Origin: a virus
Lineage: Duplodnaviria; Heunggongvirae; Uroviricota; Caudoviricetes
Direction: 5' to 3' (one strand)
DNA: 5,495 nucleotides
Virus record (IMG/VR): IMGVR_UViG_3300029190_000033
Span: 1 to 5,495 of that record
The notes under the pieces: generated by a model
What the model was told of the DNA's origin: nothing
Databases searched by the model: none
Seen by the model: the letters and a program-made list of their open reading frames with translations, nothing else
Translations under genes and position numbers: made by a program
Shown: piece after piece, positions 4,971 through 5,495 of the stretch
Layout: the number at the start of each line of letters is the position of its first letter
Numbering within the stretch: the stretch's first letter is position 1

Positions 4971-5495
4971 ATGAGCACTATCACTAAAGAACGTATCGAA
5001 TTGTTCATTAAATCCCCGCTTGAAAACGGGCTTACCCGTGGCGAACAAATGGAACTGGCACGAATTGCACTGGCATCGCTGGAAGCAGAGCCTGTAAGCC
5101 AAGCTTACAACTTGGCAGAATTAATCGAAGGCATGGAAGTTTCCATTGATGTAAGCACTTGTGATGCTGATTTAGGTAATCGCTATTTCGGCACCGTCAC
5201 CGAGGCGTTAGAACTTGATACAGCCAAGAATGGTTACATCCTCCTGGTTCAGGACGCAGAGCCAAACTTCGATGTAAATGGCAACTCTCCGGTAACTCCG
5301 GATAGCTGGATCTCCCGCTTCGAAGAAATGCCGGATCCGTCTAGCGAAAGGCGCGTGTGTGCGTTCACACCTACCAACCATGAAGATATGCGCTACCGCT
5401 TCGTGCCCGCCTCGCTCTTTAAGACAGTTTGCAGAGACGCGACCCACTGGTTTTATATGCTTCCGCCAGTAGGGCGGGAGGAGGTTGCAGGTGGC
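4971..5495 (+). CDS. Hypothetical protein, 5' part only (175 codons, open to window end)
   Basis: Not in the ORF track; manual translation from ATG 4971 (MSTITKERIELFIKSPLENGLTRGEQMELARIALASLEAEPV...) has no stop through 5495. Perfect RBS AAGGAG 6 nt upstream, 1 nt after the previous stop. Confidence 0.65.
   Translation, partial: MSTITKERIELFIKSPLENGLTRGEQMELARIALASLEAEPVSQAYNLAELIEGMEVSIDVSTCDADLGNRYFGTVTEALELDTAKNGYILLVQDAEPNFDVNGNSPVTPDSWISRFEEMPDPSSERRVCAFTPTNHEDMRYRFVPASLFKTVCRDATHWFYMLPPVGREEVAGG

Noticed and set aside
4396-5008. Minus-strand ORFs 4396-4746 (Ser-rich) and 4823-5008
   Set aside because: Antisense to the Ead/Ea22-like gene and the partial 3' ORF; low-complexity translation typical of antisense coiled-coil coding sequence.
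5208-5447. Minus-strand ORF (79 aa) near the 3' end
   Set aside because: Overlaps the + strand partial ORF, which has a perfect RBS and operon continuity.
1-5495. Looked for CRISPR arrays, tRNA or rRNA genes, transposase or integrase genes and terminal inverted repeats
   Set aside because: No spacer-repeat periodicity, no cloverleaf-like RNA, and no mobile-element signatures were seen.

Overview
This window reads as the early-left (PL-type) operon of a P22-like lambdoid phage or prophage from an enterobacterium, with every supported gene on the + strand. Order: candidate OL/PL operator-promoter (about 54-112), candidate nutL (153-194), N-family antiterminator (302-574), two lower-GC ORFs of unknown function in the N-cIII slot (578-802 and 865-1335), a perfect inverted repeat and an intrinsic terminator, cIII-like (1530-1700), two overlapping small ORFs in the kil/arf position, Erf recombinase (1957-2553), a small protein with an SSB-type C-terminal tail (2553-2936), a 98-aa ORF in the abc2 position, two small coupled ORFs, a 161-aa ORF with a DPPH methyltransferase-like motif (3718-4203), an Ead/Ea22-like gene interrupted by masked bases (4200-4969), and a partial ORF running off the 3' end. 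Nothing here is a recognisable complete defence system; the best candidate for something undescribed is the AT-rich 156-aa ORF (865-1335), possibly with the 75-aa ORF upstream. All protein identifications are from reading the translations and from recalled family sequences; no database search was run. Two runs of N (2437-2449, 4267-4290) are masked bases.
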